Positions 60,680 to 64,000 of a stretch of 64,000 nucleotides of DNA are shown here, piece by piece. The position numbers and the translations under genes were made by a program. Under the pieces are notes generated by a model. It had not been told where the DNA came from. It saw only the letters and a list, made by a program, of their open reading frames with translations, and did not search any database. The stretch's first letter is position 1, and each line of letters starts with the position of its first letter. Source of the stretch: Polyangiaceae bacterium (GTDB lineage Bacteria; Myxococcota_A; Polyangia; Polyangiales; Polyangiaceae); NCBI GenBank assembly GCA_044376115.1, contig JBILLK010000003.1:288001-352000 (forward strand), given 5' to 3'.

Positions 60680-61318
60680 ATGAAACAGAAGATTGTTTTG
60701 GGCGTGGCACTTTGTTTGCTGGGTACTGCGGCAGGCTGTAATCCCGAGATCGATACGGTTGATCTCGACTCGGACGACGAGGCTGACCTTGGTGAGTTCG
60801 CAGGGATGGACCCGGAAACCACGTTCTTCACTCGCACGCAGGTAACGTTGCTACCCGACGGGACCCCGGAGGTCCTTACGGAGCAGGTCTCGCTGGCGCA
60901 GCAGATCGCCGAGCGTGAAGCCGAAGAGTCTGGGATCACGCTGGAGGAGTTTTACACGGTCGAGCATCCGCATAAGGCTGCGCTGACGAAGACCCCGGCC
61001 TCGTGCATCAGCACAGGGTATCTACGCCTCTGGACCAGCGTTAACTACACCGGAAACCAAATCTGTTTCAGCGGAACGGGGAGCACCAACCTAAACTCCT
61101 ACACAACCTCGACCGGGTGCGTGTTTGGGTATCACCCACTGTTTTGCAACCTACCGATCAAGAGTTTGAAGCCAGGCTCATACGGCGCGAGCCTTACTCC
61201 CGCGTTGAATACTTGTTACAACGCAGACACGACCACCACATCCAATCCCCAAAACAATAGCCAGGCAACAAACTTGGCTACGGCCTACCTTGTGCAGCGG
61301 CCCTGTCCAGTGCCGTGA
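60680..61318 (+). CDS. Tandem paralog of 59693-60325
   Basis: 93 of the first 104 aa identical (hand count); RLWTSVNYTGNQICFSGTGSTNL. Confidence 0.75.
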   Translation: MKQKIVLGVALCLLGTAAGCNPEIDTVDLDSDDEADLGEFAGMDPETTFFTRTQVTLLPDGTPEVLTEQVSLAQQIAEREAEESGITLEEFYTVEHPHKAALTKTPASCISTGYLRLWTSVNYTGNQICFSGTGSTNLNSYTTSTGCVFGYHPLFCNLPIKSLKPGSYGASLTPALNTCYNADTTTTSNPQNNSQATNLATAYLVQRPCPVP

Positions 61319-61355
61319 GCTCAATAGGATTGCATTACAGGCCGATCAATTGACT

Positions 61356-61389
61356 AAGGAGGCCCGGCGCGCGCGCCCGGGCCTTTTCT
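61356..61389. terminator. Intrinsic terminator between convergent genes
   Basis: AGGCCCGG..CCGGGCCT stem followed by TTTCT. Confidence 0.7.
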
Positions 61390-61435
61390 CGAGTGATGAA
61401 GGGGCTAACCTTAACGATGCGGGGGCCGAAATCCG

Positions 61436-63022
61436 CTACAGCGGGATGTTGCCGTGCTTGCGCTTCGGCCGGTCTTCACGCTTGGTGGCGAGAAACTCGA
61501 GCGCGTGGCCGAGGCGACGCCGCAGCTCATGCGGGTAGATCACCTCGTCGATGAAGCCGAGCTCAGCGGCCTTGTACGGGTTGGCGAACTTCGCCTTGTA
61601 CTCGGCGATGAACTCCGCGCGCGCCTTCACCGGATCTGCGGCCTTGGCGATGGCGTTGCGGTACACGATGTTGACCGCGCCGTCGGGGCCCATCACGGCG
61701 ATCTCCGAGGTGGGGAAGGCCAAGTTGTAGTCGGCGCGGATGTGCTTGGAGGCCATCACGTCGTAGGCGCCGCCGTAGGCTTTGCGGGTGATCACGGTCA
61801 CCTTCGGCACGGTGGCCTCGGCGAAGGCGTACAGCAGCTTGGCGCCGTGCACGATGATCCCGCCGTACTCCTGATCCGTCCCGGGGAGGAAGCCGGGCAC
61901 GTCGACGAACGTGACCAGCGGCAGGTTGAAGGCGTCACAGAAACGCACGAAGCGCGCGGCCTTGATGCTGGCCTTGATGTCGAGACAGCCTGCGAGCACC
62001 GCCGGCTGATTGGCGACCACGCCCACCGGGCGACCACCGATGCGAGCGAAGCCCACCACGATGTTCATCGCGTAGCGCTCGTGAAGCTCGAACAGCTCCC
62101 CGTTGTCCACCACGGCGCGCACGACGTTCTTGATGTCGTACGGCTTGTTCGACTCGGTTGGGATCATCGAGTCGAGCTCGGGTACGTCCCGCTCAACGAC
62201 GTCCGTCACTTGGGCGCGCGGCGCGTCTTCAGCGTTGTTGCTCGGTAGGAAGCTGAGCAGCTCGCGGACGCGCGCGATGGCCGAAGGATCATCCGGCGAA
62301 GAGAGGTGACACACGCCGCTCTTGGAAGCGTGCGTTGCGGCGCCACCGAGGTCTTCTTTGGTGACGTCTTCATTGGTGACCGTCTTGATCACCTCGGGGC
62401 CGGTGATGAACATGTAGCTCGACTTGTCCACCATCACCGTGAAGTCCGTGATGGCCGGCGAGTACACAGCGCCACCCGCACACGGGCCCATGATCAGGCT
62501 GATTTGCGGCACCACGCCGCTCGCCTGGGTGTTGCGCCAAAAGATCTCCGCGTAGCCGGCGAGCGATTCCACGCCTTCTTGAATGCGCGCACCACCGGAG
62601 TCATTGAGGCCAATCACTGGCAGCCCGGACTTCAACGCGAAGTCCATCAGCTTGCAGATCTTCTCGGCGTATGCGCCGGAGAGGCTCCCACCAAAAACGG
62701 TGAAATCCTGCGCGAAGATCGCCACGCGCCTGCCGTCTACTTTGCCCCACCCGGTAATGACGCCGTCGCCGAGGAACTTCTGCTTGTCCATTTCAAAGTC
62801 GACGCAGCGATGCGTGACGAAACGGTCCGTCTCGACGAAGGTGCCGGGATCACAAAGCAACTCAATGCGCTCGCGCGCCGTGAGTTTGCCCGCCTCATGC
62901 TGCTTCTCCACTCGAGCAGCACCGCCTCCTTCGAGGGCCTTCTTGTTCAGCTCATCAAGCTTGGCGAACAAGTCTGCCGGTGCGACGGAGGGCTTGGGTG
63001 CTGCTTTCGTGTCTTCAGCCAT
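61436..63022 (-). CDS. pccB: Acyl-CoA (propionyl-CoA) carboxylase beta subunit
   Basis: [58 protein letters not shown]. Confidence 0.95.
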   Translation of the reverse strand: MAEDTKAAPKPSVAPADLFAKLDELNKKALEGGGAARVEKQHEAGKLTARERIELLCDPGTFVETDRFVTHRCVDFEMDKQKFLGDGVITGWGKVDGRRVAIFAQDFTVFGGSLSGAYAEKICKLMDFALKSGLPVIGLNDSGGARIQEGVESLAGYAEIFWRNTQASGVVPQISLIMGPCAGGAVYSPAITDFTVMVDKSSYMFITGPEVIKTVTNEDVTKEDLGGAATHASKSGVCHLSSPDDPSAIARVRELLSFLPSNNAEDAPRAQVTDVVERDVPELDSMIPTESNKPYDIKNVVRAVVDNGELFELHERYAMNIVVGFARIGGRPVGVVANQPAVLAGCLDIKASIKAARFVRFCDAFNLPLVTFVDVPGFLPGTDQEYGGIIVHGAKLLYAFAEATVPKVTVITRKAYGGAYDVMASKHIRADYNLAFPTSEIAVMGPDGAVNIVYRNAIAKAADPVKARAEFIAEYKAKFANPYKAAELGFIDEVIYPHELRRRLGHALEFLATKREDRPKRKHGNIPL

Positions 63023-63043
63023 GGGCGGGAACCACCAAACCGC

Positions 63044-63166
63044 TCACTTAGCGCGTTGATAGATGCGGTTACGGCGATTGCGATTCTTCGCCTTGTTCTT
63101 CGCCTTCAGCCGCGCAGTCTTCTTGCGGTTGTTCTTACGGGGACCTTTGTTGAGCATCAAAAACAT
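63044..63166 (-). CDS. Small highly basic protein (40 aa), not in the ORF track
   Basis: MFLMLNKGPRKNNRKKTARLKAKNKAKNRNRRNRIYQRAK; GAGG RBS; own promoter; ends 21 nt before pccB. Confidence 0.75.
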   Translation of the reverse strand: MFLMLNKGPRKNNRKKTARLKAKNKAKNRNRRNRIYQRAK

Positions 63167-63187
63167 GGGAAACCTCGGGGGACGCGA

Positions 63188-63216
63188 ACCCTAGTCGACG
63201 AAGCGAGGTCGATCAA
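63188..63216 (-). promoter_or_regulatory. Putative sigma70-type promoter for the small ORF and pccB
   Basis: TTGATC-N17-TAGGGT on the minus strand. Confidence 0.6.
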
Positions 63217-63288
63217 GCGTTTGCGCCGCCTTGTTACAAGCACATATCGCATGTGCAGTGCTCGGTCGCGGGCGGCTCGGAGGGGGAG

Positions 63289-63420
63289 GCGTCACGGCAG
63301 CGAGGGATGGGCGGTCGAAGTGGACGTTTTATTGAGAAGGGCGCTCGATCGGCCGGGGATGGGCGCGTGAATTCAACAAAACGTCCAGTTGGAGTGCCCA
63401 TCCTCGCAGAGCCATGGCGT
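63289..63420. repeat. Palindromic REPIN-like element, copy 2
   Basis: TGGACGTTTTATTGA (63321-63335) / TCAACAAAACGTCCA (63373-63387), 37-nt spacer; outer arms CGAGGGATGGGC / GCCCATCCTCG. Confidence 0.85.
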
Positions 63421-64000
63421 TACGGTCCTTGCGCGAAGTCGGGGCGCACCGCATCGCTGTCATCGTTGGCGTCAGCGTCCTGCAGCTGGCCCGACCGGCG
63501 CCACTTCGTTGCTTCGAAGCTCCAACGCCGAAGCCGTGGGTCGAGCGCACAACGTTTGGCTGCGTCGAGCTGGGCGCTGCGTACACTTCCTGAGGCCCAA
63601 CGAGCGTGCACGCCGTTGGCGGTCATGGCGCACAGCGGACCGAGCTTTCGTGGGTGGACGCCTGCGTGCCGTGCAAGCTCGAGAAAGAGCGCACGTGCTT
63701 TCGTGCGTCGTTGTACATCGAGCGGTTCGGCGCGAAGGCAAGAGGCCGCCGCTTCCGCTAGCCACGCGAGCGGCACGCTGCAGAGCTGCTCGTTCGTCGC
63801 TGGGTGGCCAAGCTCGGTACCCTCGAGGTTGCACGTCGGATCGGCCGAGACGTAGTGGTGATAGCGCGCCGCAAAGTCGTGGCGCCAAGCAGGGGGAGCG
63901 ACCAACGGCGCGAGATCCGCAGCTCGCACCCACGGATCTGCGATAGCACCGAGCACGTCGCGATGGGTCGACCAGGGCCACGAAAGCGGATCGGCCACGA
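63420..64000 (-). CDS. 3' part of a probable REP-associated tyrosine transposase (RAYT, HUH/Y1 family); runs off the window
   Basis: Frame is open at the edge and reads VADPLSWPWSTHRD, matching the 'GLV..P..WPWSS' motif that follows the catalytic Tyr/NP in RAYTs; possible HTH tail; HUH and Tyr would lie outside the window. Confidence 0.65.
   Translation of the reverse strand, partial: VADPLSWPWSTHRDVLGAIADPWVRAADLAPLVAPPAWRHDFAARYHHYVSADPTCNLEGTELGHPATNEQLCSVPLAWLAEAAASCLRAEPLDVQRRTKARALFLELARHAGVHPRKLGPLCAMTANGVHARWASGSVRSAQLDAAKRCALDPRLRRWSFEATKWRRSGQLQDADANDDSDAVRPDFAQGP

Noticed and set aside
59693..61318. Diversity-generating retroelement or RiPP precursor pair
   Set aside because: No reverse transcriptase or modifying enzymes nearby; differences are not adenine-specific and the variable parts are ~105-aa domains
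55741..63420. Composite transposon or island bounded by the two palindromes
   Set aside because: The interval includes the core gene pccB, each element is self-palindromic, and I saw no target-site duplication; dispersed REPINs explain it better

Overview
GC-rich chromosomal window that reads as Myxococcota (Polyangiales/Sorangiineae-like), inferred from gene content: eukaryote-like Ser/Thr kinase, FHA-GAF sigma54 activator, DUF4388 regulator, stand-alone PilZ, PEGA/TonB-receptor cluster and many Cys-rich lipoproteins. Positions 1-55.3 kb are mostly core genes (purQ, mnmA, rlmD, tilS, ftsH, yegD-like Hsp70, comF, frmA/fghA, kbl, lepB, gpsA, mutS2, rne-pilZ-ribE-ribBX-ribH-nusB) mixed with two PAS hybrid kinases and hypothetical lipoproteins. 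No rRNA, tRNA or cas genes were seen. The 55.3-64 kb stretch is the most interesting. It holds (i) a ~370-nt hairpin-rich rne leader, (ii) a duplicated cassette of four Cys-rich lipoprotein genes, (iii) seven 12-bp near-palindromic boxes spaced every 41-43 bp with unique ~30-nt spacers (59199-59465), (iv) a tandem pair of secreted lipoproteins with near-identical N-halves and diverged Cys-containing C-halves, (v) a 40-aa extremely basic ORF absent from the ORF track, with its own promoter and RBS, upstream of pccB, and (vi) the 3' end of a probable REP-associated tyrosine transposase (RAYT) abutting a ~110-130-bp palindromic element that recurs 7.56 kb away (REPIN-like). All calls come from motif reading only; no searches were run.
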